A stretch of 64,000 nucleotides of DNA, taken from an uncultured Coriobacteriaceae bacterium (GTDB lineage Bacteria > Actinomycetota > Coriobacteriia > Coriobacteriales > CADBOM01). The stretch covers positions 14,560 to 78,559 of the forward strand of contig CAZOMM010000001.1 of assembly GCA_964581165.1 (NCBI GenBank). Direction: 5' to 3'. Both the position numbers and the translations under genes were made by a program. A model generated the notes under the pieces. That model was not told where the DNA came from. It saw nothing but the letters and a program-made list of their open reading frames with translations, and did not search any database. Below are positions 18,296 through 28,376 of this stretch, piece after piece; position 1 is the first letter of the stretch; every line of letters begins with the position of its first letter.

Positions 18296-18458
18296 AGCAT
18301 ATGTGCTGGTTTTTTCCTAAATGTTTCGATAACGCTTGCCCGAGCCTCGTAACATTTTTTTGAACAGGCGGTTATCTCAAAGAAACAATGGTTTAACCAT
18401 TGGGCAATAAGAGAGGCTCAAATCGCTGATTTTGAGTCGCTGATTGATTGTCAGCGAT

Positions 18459-20237
18459 TTATACCAGACCGTCTTTTTTATCGTTGGTGGCAGCTAGGTC
18501 GGCATTACGAATTGCGGCTCTCCTGATCTTGCCATTAACAGTCTTAGGCAAAGCATCAACATAAGAGATGATCCTAGGATATTTATAAGGTGCAGTTTCC
18601 TTTTTACACCAGGTTTGCAGTTCTTTTGTCAACTCGTCAGATGCCTCAAAACCAGGGCTTAGCACAATAGTTGCCTTAACACTCATGCCTCTAATCTCAT
18701 CAGGCACACCCGTAACTGCACACTCGGCAACTGCATCGTGCTCCAAAAGCACGCTTTCGATCTCAAAGGGACCAATCCTGTATCCGCTCGACTTGATCAC
18801 ATCATCATTGCGGCCCACATACCATAGATAACCGTCTTCGTCGCGCCAGGCTGTATCTCCTGTGTGATACCAGCCATCTCGAATTGCAGCTTTTGTGCGC
18901 TCCTCATCACGGTAATACTCGGTAAGAATGCCTGGAACCCAGTGCCAGTTGGTGTAATCGTGGACTTCGATGCAAATTTCGCCAGTTACACCAGCATTAC
19001 ATTCTTGGTTGTTTTCGTTCAAGATCGCCACATGATATAGGGGATTTGGCTTACCCATTGAACCCGGTTTGGGAACCATGTTGGTGAGATTGGCAACAGC
19101 AAGCGGGGTCTCGGTTTGCCCAAAGCCCTCAAAAATTGTAAGTCCGGTATGCTCCTTCCAAGCATTGAATAAATCGGGATTAAGAGCCTCACCTGCAGTA
19201 GTTGAGTAAACCAAGCTCGACAGATCGTAGGAATCGACATCTTCGAGCATGATCATGCGATACATCGTAGGTGGACAGCATAGAGTTGTGATCTTGTAGT
19301 CTTGAATTAGCCGCAAAATTTCCGCAGCATCAAAGCGGTCAAAGTCGTAGGTTAAAACGCATGCCTCCATGAGCCACTGCCCATAGAACTTGCCCCAAAC
19401 AGCTTTGCCCCATCCGGTATCAGCAATCGTAAAATGAACACCGCCGTCGCTAACAACATTGTGCCAATGCTTGGCTGTGACCAAGTGCCCCAAGGGATAG
19501 GCTCCATCGTGCATAACCATCTTAGGCTCGCCCGATGTTCCGGACGAAAAGTACATCAAGAAGGGATCTGCAGGACTTGTTTGAACCTTCTCAAAGACCT
19601 CAGATGTCTTGCGAACTTCGGTATTAAAGTCGATCCAACCCTCACGCTCTACAGGCAAAGCGCAGATGCCGTCGGGGCCGCTGAGCACAGATCCAATTGT
19701 GGGATCTTTCTTGGGATCACCCATGCCGCCGCCTCCGCCATTTACAAGGAAGACTTTTTCGACACTAGGACACTTAGGCAGGCATGCATCTACTACATCG
19801 GGGATAAAACCGCATGAAGTGCAGATAACATACTTAATTTCTGCACTATCAAGGCGGTATTTAAGATCGTGCTCCTTAAGCATAAAAGTAGCTGGCACCA
19901 TTACGGCACCAAGTTTATGTAATGCTACTGCAGTAAACCAAAACTGGTAATGACGCCTAAGAATCACCATCACCATATCGCCGCGCTTAACACCTTGCGA
20001 GGCAAGCATGTTGGCAGTTTTGTCCGACCAAAGCTTGATGTCTGCAAAGGTAAAGATGTGCTCCTCGCCCTCAGGGTTACACCATATCATTGCTGGTCTG
20101 TCTGGCTCTGCCGTTGCTATATCGTCTACGCAGTCATAAGCAAAATTGAAATCTTTGGGTATCTCCAAGTCAAAGTCTGATAAGACTCCGTTGGCATCAT
20201 AGGTCTCCCTGACGTATCTTTCATTGATCTTGAGCAT
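18459..20237 (-). CDS. AMP-forming acyl-CoA synthetase (medium-chain/acetyl-CoA-synthetase-like)
   Basis: AMP-binding motif YFSSGTSGEPK and C-terminal ...PKTVNGKIRR. The likely start is the ATG at 20237 (MLKINERY). Confidence 0.85.
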   Translation of the reverse strand: MLKINERYVRETYDANGVLSDFDLEIPKDFNFAYDCVDDIATAEPDRPAMIWCNPEGEEHIFTFADIKLWSDKTANMLASQGVKRGDMVMVILRRHYQFWFTAVALHKLGAVMVPATFMLKEHDLKYRLDSAEIKYVICTSCGFIPDVVDACLPKCPSVEKVFLVNGGGGGMGDPKKDPTIGSVLSGPDGICALPVEREGWIDFNTEVRKTSEVFEKVQTSPADPFLMYFSSGTSGEPKMVMHDGAYPLGHLVTAKHWHNVVSDGGVHFTIADTGWGKAVWGKFYGQWLMEACVLTYDFDRFDAAEILRLIQDYKITTLCCPPTMYRMIMLEDVDSYDLSSLVYSTTAGEALNPDLFNAWKEHTGLTIFEGFGQTETPLAVANLTNMVPKPGSMGKPNPLYHVAILNENNQECNAGVTGEICIEVHDYTNWHWVPGILTEYYRDEERTKAAIRDGWYHTGDTAWRDEDGYLWYVGRNDDVIKSSGYRIGPFEIESVLLEHDAVAECAVTGVPDEIRGMSVKATIVLSPGFEASDELTKELQTWCKKETAPYKYPRIISYVDALPKTVNGKIRRAAIRNADLAATNDKKDGLV

Positions 20238-20351
20238 AGTTAGCCTTCCCATTGCTTACAGTCGGCACGACGAGGCCATGCCGGTCAAATTAGTCTTTGT
20301 CCGCCAATGAATGGGGTTGTGGGGGAAATCTGTAGCGGTGTTCAGAAAGAA

Positions 20352-20948
20352 TCAGAAATCCCCTTCGGAAATTCCGTCTTCTGGGGATCGAATCACTATG
20401 GCCAAAAAGACGCAGGGTTCGCCACCAATGGCAATCATTCCATGTCCGCGTCCAGAGTCGTAAAGCAAGGCATCGCCTGCCGATAGCTCCTCGATATGAT
20501 CTTCGTATCTAAAGCGAAGCTTGCCGCTAAGAATAAAATCAAACTCTTGGCCATTGTGTTTTGAGAGATGAATAGGTGCTTCTTGCTCCTCTTCTAGATA
20601 GGGAGCTGTAACTACAAAAGGCTCACATAGCTTGCCTTCAAAGTTTGGAGCTACGTGTAGATATTCAAATCCGGCTCTTCTGCGAATATGCAGGCCATCG
20701 CCAGAGCGCACTACCGAATAACCACGAAGATGTGGATTTTCTCCGGTTAAAAGCTCGATAACATCTACTCCAAGCTTTTCTGCACATTTGTAAAGGAAGG
20801 TAAAACTCAGATCGCTCTCACCCGATTCTTGGGCAAGGTATTCTTCGACACTACGACCGGTGGCCTCAGCCATCTCTTCGTCGCTAAATCCTAGGTCGTC
20901 TCGCAGGGAGCGAATCCTGCTAGCGATCTCGTTGATATTTGGATCCAT
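20352..20948 (-). CDS. XRE-family HTH regulator with C-terminal cupin domain
   Basis: N-terminal HTH_3 (IASRIRSLRDDLGFSDEEMAEATG) and cupin_2 (GDALLYDSGRGHGM). GGGAGGA lies upstream of the ATG at 20948. Confidence 0.8.
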   Translation of the reverse strand: MDPNINEIASRIRSLRDDLGFSDEEMAEATGRSVEEYLAQESGESDLSFTFLYKCAEKLGVDVIELLTGENPHLRGYSVVRSGDGLHIRRRAGFEYLHVAPNFEGKLCEPFVVTAPYLEEEQEAPIHLSKHNGQEFDFILSGKLRFRYEDHIEELSAGDALLYDSGRGHGMIAIGGEPCVFLAIVIRSPEDGISEGDF

Positions 20949-21030
20949 ATCTGTCCTCCCTAACTTAGTCAACTCGGATCTGCTACAGCTAAATTAGCTA
21001 AACAATCGTCAGGTCGAGATTCTAGCTAGC

Positions 21031-21100
21031 TCGTTTGCTTGCGTTTACTTACGTTTGCTTTCGCTCATTTTCGCTTACTTTAGCTTACTTTCGCTTACTT
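21031..21100. repeat. seven tandem 10-bp units (TCGYTTRCTT-like), helically phased
   Basis: The seven units read tcgtttgctt, gcgtttactt, acgtttgctt, tcgctcattt, tcgcttactt, tagcttactt and tcgcttactt. Confidence 0.85.
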
Positions 21101-21262
21101 GGCAGAGCCTAAGCGCCTTGTAATAAATGCAAAAGCTATGTATAAAGGGCTTTATTTAATCTGAGCTAGAGACAGGGCGGTATTGTAGCACTGTCTCGTA
21201 CCTTAAAGACTTTTGGATGCCATACGGTATCCATACGGTACATATGAGGAGTAAGAAAACAC

Positions 21263-21883
21263 ATGAGAGACACAGAGGCATCGGAGACATCGGAGGCATC
21301 AGAGTCATCGGGCAGCAGATCCGAAAATGTTGCCAGAACTGGAATGATTGCTGCTCTGTATGCGGTTGCCACCCTAGTTACGATGTTTGTACTACAGGGA
21401 CTTTCTTGGGGACTTGTTCAAATTAGAATCTCAGAAGCTCTGATGGCCTTTGCTTTGTTTTCTCGATCGGCAATTCGAGGTCTTGGAATTGGCTGTGCAA
21501 TTGCCAACTTACTTGCAATTCCGCTTGCTGGTACTGGTGCTTTAGGTTTGCTGGATGTGTTTTTTGGAACCTTAGCCACAGTTTTAGGTGCAATGTGGTG
21601 CTGGAAAATGCGCGAACACAAGCTGTTGGGGCTTTTTGGGCCAGTAATCACGAATGCCTTGATTGTTCCAGCGTATCTACCTTTTCTCCTAACAGCTGCT
21701 GGAGCTTATACAATCCCCTTTACAGATATTGCGATTACCGGGGCCTATCCAATTTTGTATCTGGTTGGAGTCGCAGGAATTGGAATTGGGGAGCTTATAT
21801 CTGTAATTGCTCTTGGCTATCCCTTATCTAGATATCTTGCGAAGACGGGCCTGTTTACAGATAAACCAGATAAATCAGAATGA
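21263..21883 (+). CDS. queT: queuosine precursor transporter QueT
   Basis: GMIAALYAVATLV... QueT-like TM pattern, 206 aa, with an acidic Ser/Glu-rich N-terminal extension. Confidence 0.7.
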   Translation: MRDTEASETSEASESSGSRSENVARTGMIAALYAVATLVTMFVLQGLSWGLVQIRISEALMAFALFSRSAIRGLGIGCAIANLLAIPLAGTGALGLLDVFFGTLATVLGAMWCWKMREHKLLGLFGPVITNALIVPAYLPFLLTAAGAYTIPFTDIAITGAYPILYLVGVAGIGIGELISVIALGYPLSRYLAKTGLFTDKPDKSE

Positions 21884-22020
21884 GATAAAAAATGCTAGCT
21901 TTGTAAAAAATGCTAGCGTTTTACTGTATAGGGGTTTATCCTGTAGTCTGTTTTTGTAACTCCTTAGCGGCTGCAATATGTCCGTATTTGGATTGACCAT
22001 AAGTTTGGATTGTTCAGAAA

Positions 22021-22054
22021 TAAATGACGCATGAACGTAAATGATGCATGAACG
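22021..22054 (+). promoter_or_regulatory. 17-bp direct repeat pair TAAATGAYGCATGAACG x2 immediately upstream of the GT-A-like/LytS/LytTR operon
   Basis: Copies at 22021-22037 and 22038-22054 with one mismatch, ending 15 nt before the TTG start at 22070. Confidence 0.45.
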
Positions 22055-22069
22055 AAACCGGAGATACCA

Positions 22070-23311
22070 TTGAACCCTGTGATCATCATACCTACATATG
22101 TAAGTGCTTCAAAACAGCGTACCGAGGCAGGTGTGATTGATACCTACGATCACATGACACCACTTGATAGGCCAGGCGAATTGGGAAGATGTCTCTCTTC
22201 GCTTAAGGGCTTGGAGACTTTGGCACCAGTGGTAATTTTGGTTGTTAGTGAACAGTCTTGCGAAGAACAAGCGCTAGAGAAGATTCGTTCGGATGCTGCG
22301 TATTTTGCTGGAGATTTAGATATCTCGGTTATAGGACATAGCGAGGAAGCTTTCTTGCACACCAGGATGGTTCAGCTTGGTGCTGCTGATCACACTAAGG
22401 GAATTTCGCTTACTGGCTATGGTGCTATGCGCAATTTTGCTTTGATTTACGCCGCTACGATGGGTTATACCGAGGCTATTTTTATAGACGATGACGAGAT
22501 AGTCGAAGATCCCGAATTTGTTTCTAAGGCCTGTTATGGCCTGGGGATGCTTACACAAAGCGATGTTCCCATCCTTGTTAAGTCGGGTTATTACCTAGAC
22601 AGACGAGGAAGTTATCGAGCAAGAGAAAAGCGCGGTTGGTACAACAAGTTTTGGAAACAGCATGAAGGCTTTAACGCTTGGATCGACAAGGCAATGGCAG
22701 GACCTAGGATATCGCCGTCTAATACGGCATGTGGAGGGTGCTTGGCTTTGCATCGAGAGGCTTTTAGGCGTGTTTCTTTTGATCCGTGGATCCCAAGAGG
22801 GGAGGATCTAGATTTTCTCTTAAACGTGAGGATGTATGGATCAGAAATATGGTTCGATAACGCTTGGCATCTAAGACACCTACCCCCAAAAAGCTCCAAG
22901 ATGGAGTCGATCAGATTTAGACAGGACATTTATAGGTGGTTTTACGAGAATCGCAAGCTTGAGTTTTCGAGCGCCCAGATAGATCTTTTGCAAGTTCCCA
23001 CTAGTTCCTTAATGCCGTATCCGGGACCTTTTTTGGAGTCGTCCATCAATTTCAACATTTTTATGACAGCTCTTCTTAGGTCAATTGGCAGATCAGGTCA
23101 TAGAAGGGCTTATTTTAGGGCTGCGATGGACTCGAGGCGAGGTGCTGTGGAGTACGCAAAAGAAAACTGCTCTAATTACTTTTCGTTCCAGCGAGCTTGG
23201 CCAGAGGTCGTGGCTGTTCTAGAAGAGGATCTAGCACTTGCTGGTGCCTTCGAAAGAGCCAAGGTAAAACCCATAGCCCAATCGGGATCGGATAAGACAG
23301 ATGATGGATGA
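22070..23311 (+). CDS. GT-A-fold glycosyltransferase-like protein (family uncertain)
   Basis: N-terminal VIIIPTY and an acidic FIDDDEIVEDP (DxD-like) motif, 413 aa. GGAG lies upstream of the TTG start. Confidence 0.5.
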   Translation: MNPVIIIPTYVSASKQRTEAGVIDTYDHMTPLDRPGELGRCLSSLKGLETLAPVVILVVSEQSCEEQALEKIRSDAAYFAGDLDISVIGHSEEAFLHTRMVQLGAADHTKGISLTGYGAMRNFALIYAATMGYTEAIFIDDDEIVEDPEFVSKACYGLGMLTQSDVPILVKSGYYLDRRGSYRAREKRGWYNKFWKQHEGFNAWIDKAMAGPRISPSNTACGGCLALHREAFRRVSFDPWIPRGEDLDFLLNVRMYGSEIWFDNAWHLRHLPPKSSKMESIRFRQDIYRWFYENRKLEFSSAQIDLLQVPTSSLMPYPGPFLESSINFNIFMTALLRSIGRSGHRRAYFRAAMDSRRGAVEYAKENCSNYFSFQRAWPEVVAVLEEDLALAGAFERAKVKPIAQSGSDKTDDG

Positions 23312-24677
23312 GAGTACCGGCAGGCCAGCGAATGGTCGGCATACCCATCAGATGCTTACCTTTGTATCAGCGATCCTGCTGGTTTTGTTTGCCTGTGGGC
23401 TAATAGCCTCGTTTAGCTATGAACTTATTGTCTGGGAACTTGTTTGTGTAGTTGGATTGTCTATATGTTCAATCTTGCTAGGCAGGTTCTCTAAAAGCTC
23501 AGATAAGCTTCGTGCCGATCAAACCAACCGAATGCTTAGTCTTGCGGGTAACACCTTAGGTTTTATGCGCAAAGGTCTCGATGAATACTCGGCAACTAAG
23601 GCTTGCGAGGCGCTTCTTCCATTCACAGAGGCTGAGTCGGCTGCAATCTATGACAAGAGCGCAACGCTGCTAGGAACCTGTGGGTGCGAGACTTTGTGGG
23701 ATAGATATGGGGATCCTGTACCAACGCTTGCTGCTCAAACTCGTTTTGAGTATGGTGCCAAGTTTGTAATAGGCACTGATGCCACAGTAAAGGGCGGTCT
23801 TCCAACTAGACTTAAGGGATGCATTGTTGTTCCCTTAACTGTGCAAGACAATCTGGTGGGAATGCTTAAGCTTTACTATCCTAGCCATTCAGATATCGAT
23901 GAAACGCAGCAAGCTATGGCAATGGGTTTTGCGATTTTGCTGTCCAATCAGCTGGCCTTGGCAGAACTGGATGCCAAAACAGAGCTTGCTACAAAGATGG
24001 AATTGCGTGCTTTGCAAGCCCAGATTAACCCTCATTTCTTATTCAATACAATCAATACCATTGCGTCTTTGATCCGCACCGATCCAAGGCAGGCCAGAGT
24101 TTTGCTTAGAGAGTTTGCGGTCTTTTATCGCAGAACCCTAGAAAGCTCACAAGACCTAATTACCATCGAGCTAGAATTAACTCAGACTTTACGTTATCTT
24201 GGATTCGAGCGCGCCCGTTTTGGGACAGAAAGGATTCGGCTTTCTAATTATGTAGAGCCCGGCCTCGATAGTTTAGAAGTGCCCGCCTTTATCATCCAAC
24301 CCATAGTAGAAAATGCTGTGGGGCATGCAATGAGACCAGATGGTGAGGTACTTCATATTAAAATCGAGGTTAAAAGGCAAGGCGATGATGTTGTTATCTC
24401 AGTTGCCGACGATGGTGTTGGAATGGAATCGGCAAAGTCGGCGACAGCTGTTCAAAAGGGCAACTCCCCAGGTGCTGGGATAGCTCTTAAGAACGTTGAT
24501 GATAGACTCAAAAGTTGCTTTGGATCTGGATCGGGCATACACATAGACTCGGTCTTAAATGAGGGAACTATCGTGTATCTAACACTTGCTGGTGCTGCAT
24601 TGGGCTTGGACGAAGATTTGGATGAGGAGTCAGAGCAAGTAGAAGTAGCCGAGGCAAAAGATGCGATGTTGAATTAA
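23301..24677 (+). CDS. LytS-type sensor histidine kinase (2 TM + GAF-like + His_kinase + HATPase)
   Basis: LRALQAQINPHFLFNTINTI H-box region and HATPase N/G boxes. It overlaps the upstream gene by 11 nt. Confidence 0.8.
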   Translation: MMDESTGRPANGRHTHQMLTFVSAILLVLFACGLIASFSYELIVWELVCVVGLSICSILLGRFSKSSDKLRADQTNRMLSLAGNTLGFMRKGLDEYSATKACEALLPFTEAESAAIYDKSATLLGTCGCETLWDRYGDPVPTLAAQTRFEYGAKFVIGTDATVKGGLPTRLKGCIVVPLTVQDNLVGMLKLYYPSHSDIDETQQAMAMGFAILLSNQLALAELDAKTELATKMELRALQAQINPHFLFNTINTIASLIRTDPRQARVLLREFAVFYRRTLESSQDLITIELELTQTLRYLGFERARFGTERIRLSNYVEPGLDSLEVPAFIIQPIVENAVGHAMRPDGEVLHIKIEVKRQGDDVVISVADDGVGMESAKSATAVQKGNSPGAGIALKNVDDRLKSCFGSGSGIHIDSVLNEGTIVYLTLAGAALGLDEDLDEESEQVEVAEAKDAMLN

Positions 24678-24687
24678 GGAGGACACA

Positions 24688-25401
24688 TTGTTACGCGCGA
24701 TGATAGTAGATGATGAGGCACCGGCAAGATCGGAGCTAAGCTACATGCTTCAGGAGACCAATCAGGTTGAGGTTATTGCTGAAGCCAGTAGTGTTAGGGA
24801 GGCCATTGAGAGCCTAAAGGACAATGGCTGCGATGTGATGTTTTTGGACATCAACATGCCAGGCGCTACAGGTCTTCAGCTTGCGCAGGCCCTCACCAAG
24901 ATTTCCCGCCCACCAGCGGTGGTTTTTGTAACTGCATATAGTGAGTATGCCGTAGAGGCATTCAAGGTTAATGCTATCGACTATTTAGTAAAACCCATAG
25001 AGATTGATAGGCTTTATCAGGCCATTGAGAAGGTTAAAAAGCATGTCTCTATGATCAACAAGAACAATCCCGCAGAGAGAATTCCGGTTGAAAAGGGTGG
25101 AAAGAAGCTACTCGTTTCTACAGACAAAATTCTCTACATTATGGCAAAAGACGATTACTCCTATCTCTATACAGCGAGCGATAGATATCTGTCGACTGTG
25201 TCTTTGGCTAATCTAGAGAGCAAGCTTGAGATGCATGGCTTTTTTAGAGTACATCGTGGATATCTGGTAAATCTTGCTTGCGTTGAAGAAGTTACTCCTG
25301 TAAATGGTGGAACCCTGCTACTAACTCTTTCTGGAACTGATGTACAGATTCCGGTTTCGCGCAGGAGGGTCTCGGCGCTTAAGAAGGCTCTTGGTCTTTA
25401 G
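24688..25401 (+). CDS. LytTR-family response regulator
   Basis: REC domain (AMIVDDE...FLDINMPG) plus a LytTR C-terminus (FFRVHRGYLVNL). AAGGAGG lies 5 nt upstream of the TTG at 24688. Confidence 0.9.
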   Translation: MLRAMIVDDEAPARSELSYMLQETNQVEVIAEASSVREAIESLKDNGCDVMFLDINMPGATGLQLAQALTKISRPPAVVFVTAYSEYAVEAFKVNAIDYLVKPIEIDRLYQAIEKVKKHVSMINKNNPAERIPVEKGGKKLLVSTDKILYIMAKDDYSYLYTASDRYLSTVSLANLESKLEMHGFFRVHRGYLVNLACVEEVTPVNGGTLLLTLSGTDVQIPVSRRRVSALKKALGL

Positions 25402-25457
25402 CGCAATAGGCTACTGCAATAGAGACTACGATAGAGACTGGGGTAAAGGGGTTCGTT

Positions 25458-26492
25458 ATGAGGGCAGCATGCCTAACTAGGGAATTTGATCCTGTAGACA
25501 ATACTTCCGGTAAGGTGGAGTGCATCGATTGGCCTAAGCCTAAACTTGTTCATGACGACGATGTGCTCGTAAAAGTAGCCTACGCATCTATTTGTGGATC
25601 AGACAAGCATTACATCAAGGACAATCTCTTTTCTGGAACGCTTCCTTACGTTGTAGGACATGAGATGTCTGGGGTTATAGAAGATCTAGGTTCTGCAGCT
25701 AAAGAGATGGGCCTTGGTGTAGGCGATCGAGTAACCGGAAACTTTTTGCTTGAGTGTGGCCTTTGCTTTGATTGCCGTACCGGCCGTCAGCAATTCTGCA
25801 AGCATCCTAAGTTGATGCTAGGCACTCAAGCAGAGTACCTAGTTTGGAATGCTAATCAGATTTTTAAAATTCCAGATGATGTTTCGCTTGAGGTTGCCTC
25901 GTTAACCGAGCCCTTTGCAATTGCGGTCAATGCTGTTATGAGGGCAGGAATTTCTGTAGGCAAAAGCGTTTTTGTTATAGGTGCTGGATCAATTGGACAG
26001 ATGCTGATTCAGCTTGCTCGCATAAATGGCGCGAGCCTTGTTGCCACTTCGGCTAGGACTGCCTCTAAAAGAGACCTGGCCTTAAGTTTTGGCGCTGATG
26101 AGGCTATTGATCCCAATGAGGTAGATGTTGTTGAGGAGGCCTTGAGAATCACTGGAGGACGTGGTTTTGACATTGTAATTGAGGCCTCGGGCAATATCGA
26201 TTGTGTAAACCAAGGCATCGATATGGCTGCCGAAGGTGGCAAGGTGCTGATGGTGTCGTATTACGATCCCGAAAAAGAAGTGCCCATCAAGGTTTTTAAG
26301 AAGCTCGTTCAGCGTGAAGTAACTTTACAGGGTATGCAGCTGGGTCAAACAGGATGGCCCTATGCAATTAGCATGCTTTCGCGCGTGGATTTGGAGCCAC
26401 TCATCACAAAGGTTTACGATCTAGAGGACGTAGAAAAAGCCTATGAAGATTTGATGGAGGGCACTCAGCTAAAGATTCTCCTTAAGTGTTAG
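25458..26492 (+). CDS. zinc-dependent alcohol/polyol dehydrogenase (MDR family)
   Basis: Catalytic CGSD and GHEMSG, a structural-Zn CGLCFDCRTGRQQFC motif and GAGSIG Rossmann fold. Confidence 0.85.
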   Translation: MRAACLTREFDPVDNTSGKVECIDWPKPKLVHDDDVLVKVAYASICGSDKHYIKDNLFSGTLPYVVGHEMSGVIEDLGSAAKEMGLGVGDRVTGNFLLECGLCFDCRTGRQQFCKHPKLMLGTQAEYLVWNANQIFKIPDDVSLEVASLTEPFAIAVNAVMRAGISVGKSVFVIGAGSIGQMLIQLARINGASLVATSARTASKRDLALSFGADEAIDPNEVDVVEEALRITGGRGFDIVIEASGNIDCVNQGIDMAAEGGKVLMVSYYDPEKEVPIKVFKKLVQREVTLQGMQLGQTGWPYAISMLSRVDLEPLITKVYDLEDVEKAYEDLMEGTQLKILLKC

Positions 26493-26727
26493 GGCTAAGC
26501 AGAGATTTTGGCAAGCACCATATCTGGACGGCCAAATTAGGTAAACACCAAGCGACTATGATCCCCTTAGCCATATTTAACAAACTTGTAACACTTATCC
26601 CAAAAAGCCTCGGTACACTTTAGCGCTGGAAGTTCGGCTTTTTAAACAATTGCTTTGTGGACTTACTTCGTGGGCTTTTGTCTAAAAATCTGACAAGTAG
26701 TCTTTAAAGCGTGTGACTGAAGGCTGA

Positions 26728-28107
<1,380 letters not shown>

Positions 28108-28228
28108 AGAGATCCTTGTTTAGCCTTTAAAGAGAGTATCCAAGTTTTTGATGCTGTTTTTTGACAGATTTGACGGATTGATCTGATCGTTAGATTGGGT
28201 CTAGAAAAAGAATCAAAGAAATCAAAGG

Positions 28229-28280
28229 AGCGGGTCTTGTTTGTGCTGTTATGAGCACAGCAAGGCTCGTTCTTTTTTTG
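28229..28280 (+). terminator. intrinsic terminator after gdhA
   Basis: Imperfect long hairpin GAGC..CTTG..GTGCT / AGCAC..CAAG..GCTC, followed by GTTCTTTTTTTG. Confidence 0.65.
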
Positions 28281-28376
28281 CTGTTAACGAAATGAGGGGC
28301 GCGCTTGGTTTGTTAACGCCTCTATCAGGGTACTCCTGTCTAAGGGTGCTTGCTTTGAGAAATTATCGCGCGAAGC

